Source of the DNA: Fimbriosthenelais zetlandica
Lineage: Eukaryota
Length of the DNA stretch: 64,000 nucleotides
NCBI GenBank assembly: GCA_977030845.1
Contig: OZ365114.1
Location: forward strand, 26,350,001-26,414,000
Direction of reading: 5' to 3'
The notes under the pieces were generated by a model. It did no database searches, was not told where the DNA came from, and was given only the letters and a program-made list of their open reading frames with translations. Below are positions 10,101-23,600 of the stretch, in pieces (within the stretch, counting starts at the first letter, position 1; each line of letters starts with the position of its first letter). A program made the position numbers and the translations under genes.

Positions 10101-13100
10101 AGTGATTCGTCAGTCGGAGAAAGCCTAAGCAAATGGCCTTTCGCATGCCATGGTATGCAACCCATTGTTGCCTGAACCTCCTATGATGAGGAAAAAGAGG
10201 ACAAGGGGACCTCCAACGGGCATAGCATAGAAATGTCATCAAGGGAGAAGTTGTGAGGGAGCTGGAAGGCAAGCTGACATGATATGATTTGTTGCTATGT
10301 CTCGTCCAATTAGTATCGGCTGGTCCCGGGGCTGCCAATGGCTCTGCAAGTGCGAAAAGTCTTCGGGACTGGCAAAGGCGAAGGAGGGCGGAGGTAAGGC
10401 TTCATATGAATAGGGCTAGCTTGGGGAGAATGGGAATAAATAGGACTGGATGGATAATTAAATATAGGGATGTATTAGGAAGGGTGGGATTGGAGGTGGT
10501 GGTGAATTATGTAGTGAGAGGGCGAGGGAGGGTGGCGAAGAAGGAAGAGGAGGGAGAGATGAGGGATGGGGATTGATCGAGGTTGAGAGAGTTTCTCGGT
10601 CTCTAAGCGAGGCACAATTTTTGTATTTTTCTGCCATGCTTGTCATGGTAATTCAGGGACAGAGGGTTAATCATTCATTTCTAGGTCCCCAATCGGTTCA
10701 CAGCATGGAATTGTGTCAGGAAGGATTAGGAAATATTTAGTGCTAATCTGGAGGGGAGTTGCTTGCCTTGGTTGTCTGGTAATTCAGTTAATTGCATCTT
10801 GAATTAACAAAGATTTACACGAAATTCCAACACCGACTGGGATGCTGTCTTGTCCAAATATATCAGGTTAGGTCAGCTGATCACTTGTAACATTGGGATA
10901 AAAAAGTCCATTTGGTTTAGCTTGAGGAGTGAAGGAAACGTTTCTGTATACTCCCACTTGGAGTATAGGAAATCTAGCTGCCTTCTTTGGACTCTGTGAA
11001 AGCAGTTTGTATTTCAGGGCTGGAGGGCCTGGGAGGGGGAGATGAGTGAGTGGATGAGTGAAGTAAGTTTGTCTTGTGGCGAACTCAAAGTGAAGACGCC
11101 TCGGGACGTGGAACATATCATCATCTCCTGCCAAGACCTTTACTGAGAGATTTTTAAAATCTTTTTTTATGCGTGGGAAGGTCCAGCACCGCATCATGTC
11201 TCTTAAAAATTCACATTGCGATCATGCAATGTCTGTGGGCCTTTTTGCTGCGTTGTAACGAAAGCAGGGATTCGGGTCTAATCTTCTCTTATAACATTAC
11301 TCCAATAAAAACCCAGGCGATTCCTTCTCAGAGAGCAAGACAGGGAGCCTAGCTCAGCCTTCCCTAAGCTCCTTTTCGAGTGACAACTTATTGAATTCCA
11401 GTCACCAAAATGATGAAAGACTGGTTTGGAAACCAGTTCAATCGTAAGTGAATTCATTTCCTAGACACTAAAAATTTGGACAATGAATCATCCAATCAAT
11501 CATTCAAAAATAATGTTCTTGTGTAATTTAATGTAAAACATTTGTCAACAATTTGCTCTGAATAAGTTTCCTTGAACACTGGTTCTAGAGCAGACTTTTA
11601 AATTACAAACATTGAGCAGAGTCTGAGTACAATCAATCCGTGCCAAGTGATGTCATACCAGCTACTTTCCAGGGTCTTTACAATGAGAGCCATGACGTCA
11701 TAGCTGTAAAAACAGCGCATGACCAGAATACATAAAGATAGGAAAAGCAGGAGGACTGAAAAGAAGAGGGATGGATATTGCAAAAGCGGGTAGGGGAGGG
11801 TGGGAAGCATGCGGGAGGTAAGGAAGGGAAGGATGGATGGAATTTCACGAGTGAATTTTCAACATTATTAGCTTGGAATATTTAAGCCACCGTATCAGGC
11901 GTTGTCAACGTATTGCAGATGATACCTGCATGTGTTGTGCTGTGATTTATATGGATATGTACAGGGGGTCTATAGCTAACCCTGAAATGACTAGCACCCA
12001 CCTATACCCATCTACCACGGCTACACCTGTTGAACCACATGGCAGGTGCATACTGCTGGTATATCACCTAAAATTAGTACCACATGCGTTAATCTCCAAC
12101 TCTCTAACGGATTACAGCCATAAATCTCCCTACACCACTCAACTACACGAGCAACTCATGTGCTCATTAGCTCACAACCAATATACACATACAGCCCATT
12201 AGAATTGACAACTACTAATTATGTGATATGCCTACAAGCTTTCCTGTCATTGTACAATATGTTACTTCGAATTCTATTGATGGAAAGGTATCAAAGGCTT
12301 GAAATGTCCAGAAATAGAAGTTAATTTTGTCAGGAAAGGATTAGGATGCATCAAAGACTTCTTTAAGAACATCTACAGTATATATCGATATTAATTCAGA
12401 TATCCTCTGAGTCAGTAATCCTACTATGTATAATTACCAGCGAAAGTCTTGGATTTAAATTCTCTGAATCGAAAGCCAAAGGCTTTTGCTGTGAGGAATA
12501 TCAGTACTTCCTTTGCCATTGGATGTCACCGGAAATGACATTGATTCCCACCTCCTTTCATGGAGATTTCCAACAAGGCGAACATGTGTCACGAGCCTGG
12601 GAGCTCTCACAAATCGGCATGCGCAACCTAAGGTACATGAAGGGGTCTTATGAAGTTTAATAGTAGCAATACGGATGGTAGGAAGGAAGGCTGGAGGGAG
12701 TGAGAGAGGGGAGGGGGTGAAGAAGGAAGGGAGAGATGAGGGGGCACCTCAGTGGCGGGTGGAGCATGCGTATGAGGGACTTCCTTCCCGGGAGAAAACT
12801 AACCAGTGGCGCCCCCTCGCCGAGGGAGCTTTAGGTTATGGGGTCCCCACTGGAAAAAGGCATTGATCATGTGACGAAAGGAAATTGGTTTTGAGTTGGG
12901 ATTTGGCAGGACTATTTACCTGTGACTTTGGCCTTCGTGCGCTGACATCGTGAATCGTATGCTGATTTGACTGGTTGGCCAGTCGCGGAGGGAGAGCATG
13001 CCAATCATTCTCAAGCCACTCTCATGCTGGCCTATTGGTGACCACTGCCTCCATCAACCCCCATCTTAGACTCTCTCTATATACCTCCTCCTCTACCCTT

Positions 13101-14863
13101 CACTCTTCCCATCTCTCTTTCCTTCTCTTCTCTATTTCTAAGAGGCTCTCATTCCTTTCATTCCATTAGCATCAACCCTTGCTTCTCCTCCACTATTTTC
13201 CGCTTGATAATTTGAGGGCCTCTATCTAAGACTATCTTACACCACATTCACATGTTAAATAAGTACTAGTTCTCAGAGAATAACCTATATTCTTCTAGCC
13301 ATCTTGCTCTATGATATTCAAGAAACTGACGTTCCACCCATCTCCCAATATATAGCCCCTTTGCTTTCCTTGCTTTCCGATTCTCCCTTACCCTATTCCC
13401 AGAGTCTCCTCTCCATCTATCATGTATACCACATTCCCCGACTCATTATAGCTTTTTTCACGTAGGTCCTACCGAGAATCAACATCCTATTTTCAGTATT
13501 TCCAATAATGAGAAAATATGGCGTCCACTTAAAGCTATATATAAATGTCAATGTTACTATTCCAGTATGATCCTCATCCCTCAGGGGGCAAATTAATGAT
13601 AAAGACAGAACAAAGTATGGCACTCAATGCTGACCCAATCACGGCAAATCTAACCCACCATGTTTCCATCCTTGTTTACCAATTATAACCCTAATGTTAC
13701 CATTCCTTCTTCGTTCCTACTCTGCCGCTAGCATTGCTGTGATTAGACTCCCCTTAAGCATCACCCCAGAACCAAGTCTCTAGCCACTCTGCCCAAATTC
13801 ATCTCAAAAGCCATACATCAAAAGCAGTGTTCTTTCAAGCTACACCTCCAGTGTACCAATGAAGCATGAACAGGCAGACGAAAAACTCCCTGGAAGATTA
13901 TTTATAACTCTCAAAGGCTCTTGCTTCACAAGATTTTGACATTTTGGTTTTAAAAATATCTTACAATATCTGGCAGGCGTTTCCCATATTCCACTATATA
14001 TTTTACATACCATTTTTTAAAAGAAAATGTAAGGACATGGGTGTTGTCCAGGTGTCAGAACAGGTGGGAGTAGGGGGCCCTGGCCCCAATATTCAGGCAG
14101 TGGGGACATGTTATGAATTGCTCCATCTAAAAATGTAGTACTACTTGGCCGATACAGTACTATAGGCTTGTGAATTGCTTCCGATTCTCTCTAGATATAC
14201 TACAGACATAGGTGGTTAATCTTCACTATTGCCATTGGAAAAGAAGACAAAGGTTACCTTTTGAAGGATGTTACAGGAACAACTTAAGGCAGCCTTGTCT
14301 GTGTAATTATTTGGCCACTGTCTTGCTCATATAATAGCTTAGGTAGCATCGCTGCCTAATTAGAAATGGCAAAAACTAACTAACCGAAGTCGTAACACCA
14401 CTCACTCTGCAGATGTACTGATGCCAACATAGGAGGTCTCTTAATACACAAGACTCACAATGTTAGATTGTGTATTGTATTGTATGGCTGCTTAACATCG
14501 TTTTCAACGATGTTTCAGTAATTATATCAGTAATTATATCATGACGGTGTCATAACAGAATTTAGTGTAATATGGACATGTTAGGACTGTCCTGGAAACC
14601 AAACCTCCGGTCGGAAGACATCTCCAATAACATCCCTTCAATAACAGCAACAACAAGTTGTGTGCCTCAAAATATTGCCATTTTTGGCAGATTGTTTCAC
14701 AACTATGATAGGTCAACTCTACATCTATTATAATATTGATATATACATAACGCAATTCGTGATTGAAAACTCCCACGGATGACTATTTTCGTCTACGTTC
14801 TGTTTATGAACTCTGCGGAATCAAATTGCCATTTAAAAGATGGAGGGAGAGATATTCGTGTGT

Positions 14864-15040
14864 GAGAGAGAAAGAAAGGGGAGAGAGAGAAAGAAAGGGG
14901 AGACAGAGAGGGAGCGAAGAAGAGAGGGAGGTTGAGGGAGAGGGGAAGGGAAGGGGAGAGGGAGGGTGAGGGAGAGAGGAAAGGAAGGATAGAGGGAGGG
15001 TGAGGGACAGAGAGAGAGGCTGGGAGAGTGACCAAGAGAG
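14864..15040. repeat. GA-rich homopurine low-complexity tract
   Basis: Nearly pure A/G on the + strand, including a short internal GAGAGAAAGAAAGGGGAGA-type direct repeat. It explains the L/S/P-rich ORFs called on minus. Confidence 0.85.
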
Positions 15041-17498
15041 ACGTGGGTGGAAAGGTGTCGAAGAAAGAGGAGCTGAATTGAATCCATTACTCTCATTAAA
15101 TTGGGAACATGTCATGTCCTGGCAAACAGGGGCAACCCGCTCCATCTTGAGATGGACAAATCCAGGTATGCTTGGGGAACTGCCTGTTCCTGTGTCTGCC
15201 TTGTCGGAGCTAGGACACACAGGTATACATTTCAACCAATATGAGTTTAAAAATGTGTTCCCTGCACTTTTTGGCTTTTATCGATATTGTTTACGCAGAT
15301 AAAACCAGACATTTAACCAGATTTTGGCTCTGGTTCCTGTCTTCGTGAAATGAATGGGGCAAGCGGGGGAAATCCAAAGATTTGTGAAGCGCATTTATAT
15401 CCTTCATTGGTGTGGCTAACGCAATCTTAGCTTATGGGAGATTTTTCAAGCGAATGACCTTCAGAATGTCAAGATGATATCAATATGGATGTAGAGAGTG
15501 ACAGATAGGACCCATAGAGCATGCATGCCATAAAGTAAGCCCGCAGTATCATTACCCCAGCATGTTCATCACCTGGAGCATGCTTCCATGTATGAACGAT
15601 GGCCAAATGTAACCCAACCTGACCTGGCCTGGGTGGTGTTGGTGGTGGGGGTAGTTGAAGCTTCATCAAGTAGCTTGGGGGTAATAGTATAAACCCCCCA
15701 TGCCTCACACACTCTCTCCCCACCCTCTCCCAGCTTGGTACACCGACACCCGCTCGGACAGCCACAATTGATTTATGCATATTGAATCAGAGGAATCTGG
15801 AGCCTGGTCGGGTCAGGCTCGGCCCACCGTAAACATTGGCCACTGTCTTGTTTACAAACCCTACACAGTCCGTTTTTGTTCCCTCCTGCTGCTTTCCTAT
15901 TCATTTTCCTGTTTTTCTTCCTCACTGGCCATTTCTGCAAATACACCTTCTTTCCCCCTTTGTCCTTTACATCCTTCTGTTTCCCCACATCTCATTCACT
16001 TCCAGCTTTGTTCCTTTTCCACACATTTTCCCTTTCCTATTCTCTCTGCACCTATTTTCCTCCTCTAATTCCACCCATCCTTATGTCCTTGATTCAAATT
16101 CCCTTGTCCTTGGTACCACCCATTTTCAACATTGCTTTCCTTTCTATCTTATCTCTATCCTCCACTTTTAAAATTCTCACCGCCTTTCATTGTTTCGCCA
16201 TCTTATAAATCCCTTTGCACTGGAATTCCTTAAGTCCAAGTCAGAGTTATTGATTTTTTACTCCAAAGCCAAACATTGCGGTAATATATTGTATAACACT
16301 CATCCATATCCTGCCCCAACACCTTAACATCATGAAGGTCCCAACCCCAGTCTGCTTGCCTGGGCAGCAGACACTGACCAATAAGCAAAAAGCCAAAAAA
16401 AGGAAAAAAGAGGTTCCTTCCGCTCAAAGACATGCTTATCAAGCGGCCCTAGCTTTACGGCACCGGAGTACAAGGCAAAATATTATCCTCACTGCCCTCA
16501 GATAGGAGCAGAGCGGAAATAAGTTATTGGGTCTGGAGTGACAGGCCTAAACCGGACGCTACAATATTGATTCTTGTCAGCATCTAAACAAGGTCCCGGC
16601 TGAGACAGCAGGCAAACTGGGTAAGGCTAGGTTCACTCAGCTCAAACTGCTTATAGCAACAAAATATCCCTGCAATTTATTCACAGACAAAGCAGGCTGC
16701 TCTCTTAAATTGCTCCTCTGTGTATTTCTACAATGACCTGTATTCACGTCTAGGTGATTCCCTGCAAGGGGAAAAAGATGTAGGAAAGAAGCAGGAAATG
16801 GGTTAAATGCATTCTAATTGCTTGATGGCTGCTGCCCGATGGAGTTCAGAGCTGATATTGGATTCCAGGTTGGGATATAGATTGGGATGTAGATTTGATT
16901 CATCACTTCCTAGGAAGATTGTGCTTCCTCAACAGTAGTGTTTTTTTGTGTGCAGGATTCAGCATTATCAGCTCGAAATTCTCCCTGGGAATTGATGGGT
17001 TTCAGAAAACAATCTATCTGCGTTATGCTGCGCTGGTGATTGCACCAGCTTGCCAACCCAAGCTTTGAACTTTAGCATCTGGCATCATTGCGCGGGCCCC
17101 TGTCAGTGACAACCTCTATTTTTCTCCTTAAAAAATAGACAACAACTGGAGGAAGCTAACTGCTAGAATGGGTCTGTTGTGAAATGGTCGACAAGCTCAC
17201 ATACAACAAGCAGTCTGTGTGAAGAGTGAATTAGGAGGGCTGCATGGGCTACCCGGATCTGGGCGGGGTGCTGGGATGGTAAGTTTTATTTATTTGGGTC
17301 TAGAACTGACAGGAAGCGAAAGTAAGGCAGGGCTGTGTACCCGCCCCATCCCCTAACCATCCATCACATTATTATGTGACTGCCCTAGTCTGGGCCAGCC
17401 ATATAATAGATATCCTAAACAATCGTCCCTGTGACAATTTGTGACAGACAGAAGCAGCATGCTGAGGATAAATATTGAAATTACTCAATCTGAGCACG

Positions 17499-17674
17499 GC
17501 GCATGCGCTGCTGGCTAATGTCATCCACTTCCGCTGACCTCCGCGACCTTGTAGGGTCACATCGTACAATATTGACCATGGCATTGTGGGATAGGCTTTG
17601 TGGGCAACTCTCCAGTGAGTGAGATAAACATGTAAGAAGCGAGTATCTTTGTCAAGGCAGTCCACTAGGGGGCG
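17499..17674. promoter_or_regulatory. Promoter/insulator-like module (NRF1, ETS, nuclear-receptor half sites, CTCF-like)
   Basis: GCGCATGCGC at 17499-17508, CCACTTCCG at 17525-17533, TGACCT at 17535-17540 with GGGTCA at 17554-17559, and CCACTAGGGGGCG at 17662-17674. Confidence 0.45.
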
Positions 17675-19545
17675 TAATAATACTCAGGCCACTGAGATGT
17701 GAGAAAGATTTCCTCGTATGGACGTATGATTATTCTGAGGCTAGCCGTCACAGTGGGAACACCATTCTATAATTCATTCTCTGGTGAATAACAAGTGGGA
17801 GACTTTTTGCATCCAATAAAGCACTGATATGACACTGCATTCTGGGTACTAATATCAAATACATACATAAATGGAGCTGGGAATAAATAACTGTCGGCTG
17901 TATTGTCCCCTCCTCGCCTCTTTCTATTGGCAATATTGCCAGCATAATTTCTCCACTTTTCCGAGCTCTTTGCAGTAACTTCCAATGTACATTTTCAGAC
18001 CTGGGGCTACATATCTCCATTACGGATGATACTGTTTGCAATGTTCTGTTATCATATTCCTAGAAGCTACTTTCCACATGTATATACACGCCCGGAGAAA
18101 AATATAACTAGATTTTCATTTTTGAATGAAGATACAAATAAGATGGCCTCAAATGCCTATCCACTTGATACAATCAAATTATTTTCTTAAATGTTATGTA
18201 TCATTTAGTTTTAAAATGATTGAAATCTTTAATCTTATTATTCTTAAAGCGGACGGATGAGATTTATCCACTTGAACTATAACTAATACTGCGGAGATAT
18301 ACAGAGTGAACATCAAACTTGGAAATGAAGTAATCTTATTCATGGAATTTTCCCCTCTGAACTGTCATGGTGTCAACCAATTTGTAAATTTAATTCTTTG
18401 CTAGCAATGTCTCTGACAGTGAGGTCATTTCTAAGTTTTTTCTGGTCGTGAAATCTGTCTCAGATGTACTGCTATATGAAGAGAACTCCATCCCTTAATC
18501 TAAATCTCAAACAGAAATGTCAGTGAGAAATAAATTGAGTTTCCCAGAAGTCTGAATTAAAGGATCCCTTTACTGAATCCGGTCGTCTTGTTCAGAAGAC
18601 TATAATTAAAAAAAATATTATGAACATCATTATGGATATTGCATTATTTTTTTCATTGCAATCCCGTTTGCAATAATGCTGTACCTGTATGGTCAAAAAT
18701 GATACAAATTACATGTTTCTTTATCGACTCGCTATCTGTACAATAAGCGATTGGATTACCAATTTGCCAAGTAACCGAAAGCTGTTTCACGTTGTATAGG
18801 CTTTCAATTGTACCAAGAAACGTGTTCGGCTGAAGGCTTTTGAGGTAGATCGATAGAGAGCCAGAAAAAGGCCAACAAGGCATTGTTGCCAGGGCTTATA
18901 GCTCTATCCCATTGACAGGAGGAATTCCATTAGCAGTTGTTGGACCTATCTGTCGACTGCTGTTTCTCATTGCGAAACGGTATCGATTGGCTTTCTCTAG
19001 TCCGATATGATCCTGTCACCCATAGGCCGATCACTTCTTGTATATGTGTATGGGTGGGAAGGGGGTGGGAATAAAGGGGGGTTTAGGGGATAATAGAAGT
19101 TTTTGTGTCCAGGGGGTCTGGGTGCACTCTGTTGTCACTACCAGTGCTTTTAGCACTTTTTTCTGAGCCCGGCTGTCAGTAAATCTACTCTTTTTTTATT
19201 CCCTACTTTATTCTTTGCTCTCCCTACCATCCATTTCTACACATCCTCATCTTTATATCCTCTATGGCCATCCAAATCTAGATGATCCCCTTCTCTATTT
19301 CAACACACAAATGCACATATTTGCCAAAAAACTATGCCGACGAAGGAACCTAAATTGTTTTCTTACAAAACCATCAGGGGCATGATAGATAAGAAACCCT
19401 AGTATATATTCACAATGTGATTATTGCTAATTTGACCCAGGGCAAAGAGGGTAATGGAAATTCCAAATAATCAGTCTTAAGAAGCCTTTTAAGATTATAG
19501 GAACCCTGCTTCTGGGCCCACTACAGAGAGTGAGATCGAGAAAGG

Positions 19546-19590
19546 GAGAGAGAGAGAGAGAGAGAGAGACTGGGGGGAAAGAGAGAGAGA
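19546..19590. repeat. (GA)n microsatellite
   Basis: (GA)12 at 19546-19569 and a second short GA run to about 19590. Confidence 0.9.
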
Positions 19591-20943
19591 GGTAAAAAGC
19601 GGGCAGCTATCAATTGGTTCTTCTTTCCCGCAGCATTGGTACTGATTACTGTGGTGGGAGAAGAGGTAGGCGCTGTCAGTGGCCATCTCTGAATGGCCCT
19701 CTCTATCCAGCTCTGTCTCCTCCACTGACTCGCAGGAGTAATATCGCCTCCATTTGTTCTAAGTGAACAAGGATGTCCTATGACAGGCTAATCCATCTGT
19801 AGCCGGCCGTGGGTTCTCCTATCAACCCCCTTCATCCAGCCCCCAGCATCCAGCCCCTTCCTCCCCTTAGTCATCCAAGTCTTCTCCGCATTTATTTTTT
19901 CTACCTATTTGTTAAGATTATCTTATGTATCTTTTTCTTCTCTTGCTTCAACTCTTCATCTTTGCTTTCCTGAGTATAGCCTGCAAACTCTTCTATTCTA
20001 TCTGCTGCTTCTCTCTCTTGATATTGCTTATTATATTCTTCCGCCCTTCCAGTCTCATTTCCTTCCCTTCTACCCTGATTTGAAAACTCACTCATGGAGC
20101 CATGGCTTTTGGAAAGTTCCACACTTTGTCTGCATAAATCTCCACTTTTCCCTCACACTAACATCTTCTGACAGCCAGGCAAAAGAGGTATTCCCTGACC
20201 TAGTTAGGCCCGTGCTTCCCCCATGAGGGGATTTCACCTTACAACCGACTTCCTCCTGTCAGTAAGGATAGGGCCATGGAGGTATCCATTGGGCATTATT
20301 CCTGGTGACGGCTGGGTAGGAGGTGGGGTGTTGCTGGGTCTCAGTGCTTTGTAATTAATTAATTCTGGGTGTAAAGGGTTGGTATGTGCTTCGTCAGCCT
20401 ATAGCCTGATCTAATGCCACCAAAGGTCATGTCAAGGGTGGGCTTGATCAAGATAGGAGAAAATTGAATCAATTCCCGCTGAATTCAGCAATAAACAGTG
20501 GGATTCTGGAGTAAATGGCCAGACTCCCTTTAAGATGGGTCAGAAAACCAATGAAGCACAAAGGTTCTGGCCTTCGATGACCTCATGAAGCGACCTAGTA
20601 GACCTAGTTTAATTTTCTTTTTTATTGCTATTGATTCCAAAATAGCACCAATTTTGCTGCTCAGGGAAAATTGATATAAACCGGTCTCTCATAGATATCT
20701 GTGAAAAAAACACCAAAGAAACAAATAAATGATCAAGGCAGAATATATTGAGGTATTACGAACGAAAAAAACAAATCCAATGGAATTTCGGGACCAACTA
20801 AATGAAATAGTGAAAATGAAATATTTCTGTCCTGCAAGCCTGGCCTAATATTAATCAGCCTGTTAATTATCAGTTGTCTCCCAGGGGAGGTGATTGGAAT
20901 GGGTGGTTACTGGGTTCTTTTGTTCTCTCTCAGCTGTCCCGCT

Positions 20944-20963
20944 TTAAATCAGGCCTGATTTAA
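20944..20963. other. Perfect 20-bp palindrome
   Basis: TTAAATCAGG|CCTGATTTAA is its own reverse complement. Confidence 0.9.
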
Positions 20964-23120
20964 GTGCCCACAGCCCAGCACAGAGCACCCATAACAAAGA
21001 TGTGGTGATGTAAACAAGCAGAGCACTAGTAGCTAACTAGGCCAATGTATTCAGATCAATAAGGGACAGTTCCACGTCCTGGATTCTCAGGCCAAACCAA
21101 ATGACATTCCACTAATTCATACCTATAAGCAATGTAAATCAATAAGCCAGTTAGTAATATCCCAATATTGTGGGGCTTTGTTAGTCAGAACACCTTTTCC
21201 ATTTGGCTATGTATTCGTTGTTTAGCATCATTTTCCAAGCCTGCTCTTTGATGAACCAGATTCTTGTAAGATACACCTGATTCATCCTTAAGAAAATCAA
21301 GCAGTTTCAACATAAAAAGCCAATCCTGGACTGCTTTTGACCCAGCTTTGATTGCTTCCCGACACTTCTGCCACAATCAATAATTTGTCCACAGACAATA
21401 AGCCTCTGTCTTACAGCAGTCAAGTATACTAGACCTACATGTATGAACTGCCACCTAATGCTTTCCCGGTCCGTTACTCTGAACATGTCTCATTTGTTTG
21501 GCCTAGCGGGCTCACCTGGCCTCTGGTCCACTGGGAAATCATGATCATGTAGGATATAGGTGAGTGATAGGAGCAACTCAAGGTACCCTCTTCTGCTCGT
21601 TAGAATGGGTTGTCATAATTATTACGCCGCTCCTACAAACTGCGAGGAACTTTTATCTGACCAGCTGTACCATTAGGTAAGAGTCACAGATGCGTGGACC
21701 AGGTGTTATATAATAAACGTGTTAATACATGGCTATGGGACATGAGTAAGAAGTCCCTAATGTCACAGTCAAATGTTGTGATGAATGATATCTAATGAGC
21801 GACATGTAATGTACGTGTTAATAAAGGACACAGATCCATTAGTAAGAGGTGCATAGTCTGTCTGAGCACAATAAGACCTGCTGTCTTTGTTTGGGTAGAC
21901 CCCAGCAATGAGATGAGATCTTCTCAGTATAAGTTATCATAAAGGAGTTCTTTAGGGATGTCTGTAGGGCCTGGGCTTAAGTGGATCTACGGCCTTTAAC
22001 AGCAGTAAATTTTCTACTCGCTTCTTCGATTGCTGGCCATATTCAAGACACTTCATATACTCGTGATTCATCACTTCAAGAAGCAGCTGTTTCCATATTA
22101 ATCAGTACCTCTTACCCATAGAGCCGCAAGTGAATACCTTATACAAAAATATATATAGGGACACTCTCTTCAAAGGAATGAGACTATATATTCATATTTC
22201 ATTAAGATTTCATGAAGCATTCCATTTAAAACAAAGAAAGGCAATGACAGGCTTTTCAAATGACTCGATATGTTCCCCTTGAAAAAGAAAGACATATTCC
22301 CATCTCTAATATTCAAAGAATTATTTCTCTGCCCAAGGTCTATTCCTGAATACAGAGTAGGAAAGTATAGTATGCTGAGTATAGTTAATACGTATTTAAG
22401 CCGAGCCTTGGGAATATTCAAACTGGAAGAAAGCGGGAGAAATAAATGGACAACTGAAACTGACAAGCGCTTTTCCTTTGATTAAAAGATCATGGCCTCA
22501 GCCACGCCCCCTTTTGGCCACCAACTCAATTATTTCATGAAAACTGGTGTCTTCGAATCAAATCAATAAATTAATCTCAATTTCCATCAAGAAATATTCT
22601 CATTGCTGAAGCAAAGGACGTTTGTGTCTGGGGTGTTGGCACTGCCCTCCAGTCACTAACCAAAACAAGGCGTATCAGTGAGAACTCGCCTTTGTGTGGC
22701 ATGCCAAACATTAATGGATGCAAATAGGACTTCAAATAGATATTTATCTCTGTTTATCAACAAATTAACACCTCCAGTTTCCATCATTGGAGACTGTCCG
22801 TTTTTGTTGGAGTAATCAGTCATGAAGCAGGGAGGAAAACATGTCCTCTCTCGCTGTGTCATTCTCCCAGCTACTGATGTGAGAAAACTAGGGTAGGCGG
22901 TAAATCTGAGTACCTTTGTGGTTAGGTTCTTATTTTTTGTGGTCGATTTTATTAGGTTGTCTCCGCTTGGAACCGTGCACTATTCCCCTTTTCATAGCTT
23001 GCGATGAGAAACATTGTCAGGATTTGTCACCATTGCAAGGGCATTTACCCACGTACTGTGCCAAAGAAGGTGTTTAATAGCGACCTTATCTGGTACTCAA
23101 TGCTATAACAGACCTAGACA

Positions 23121-23600
23121 TCCATGTACCCAGCTAGAGTAGAAGGCTTTTCCCAGTTCCGTGTACCCTGCAATGGCAAGAGACCTTCCATTGTCCCATT
23201 ACCATGCGAGGGCATAAGGAATCCTTTCCTAGTCCCATGTACCCAGATAAGTTAGGAACCCTTTCCCTTTCCCATGCATCCTGCCATAGCAGGAGACCTT
23301 CCATTGCCCCATGTACCTAGCTAGAGTGGGAGACCTAGCTTTCCCAGTCCCGTGTACCCTATCATGGCAGGATACATTCCATTGCCCCATGTACCCAGCT
23401 AGAGTATCAGAATTTTCCCCGCCCCATGCACCCTGGAAAAGGAAGGGCATCTTTCCCTTCCCCATGCACTGTGCAAGGGTATAGGATACCTTCCCCAGTC
23501 CCCTGCACCCTGGTACGGTAGGATACATGTCCCATGTACTCTGTCATGGTAGGATACATTGCCCATGCACTGGGCCAGGGTAGGAGACTATTGCCCGTCC
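23121..23600. repeat. Degenerate minisatellite, about 13 units of 31-41 bp
   Basis: Units begin CCC(A/G)TG(T/C)A(C/T)(C/T) and end with GGAGACCTTCCATTG or TTTCCCAGT-like tails, recurring about every 37 bp. Confidence 0.9.

Noticed and set aside
16581-16620. Short AG...GT-bounded mini-exon candidates (also 21506-21558, 56947-57007, and minus 40502-40560)
   Set aside because: Each has one open frame but no recognisable peptide or partner exon. Such pseudo-exons are expected by chance.
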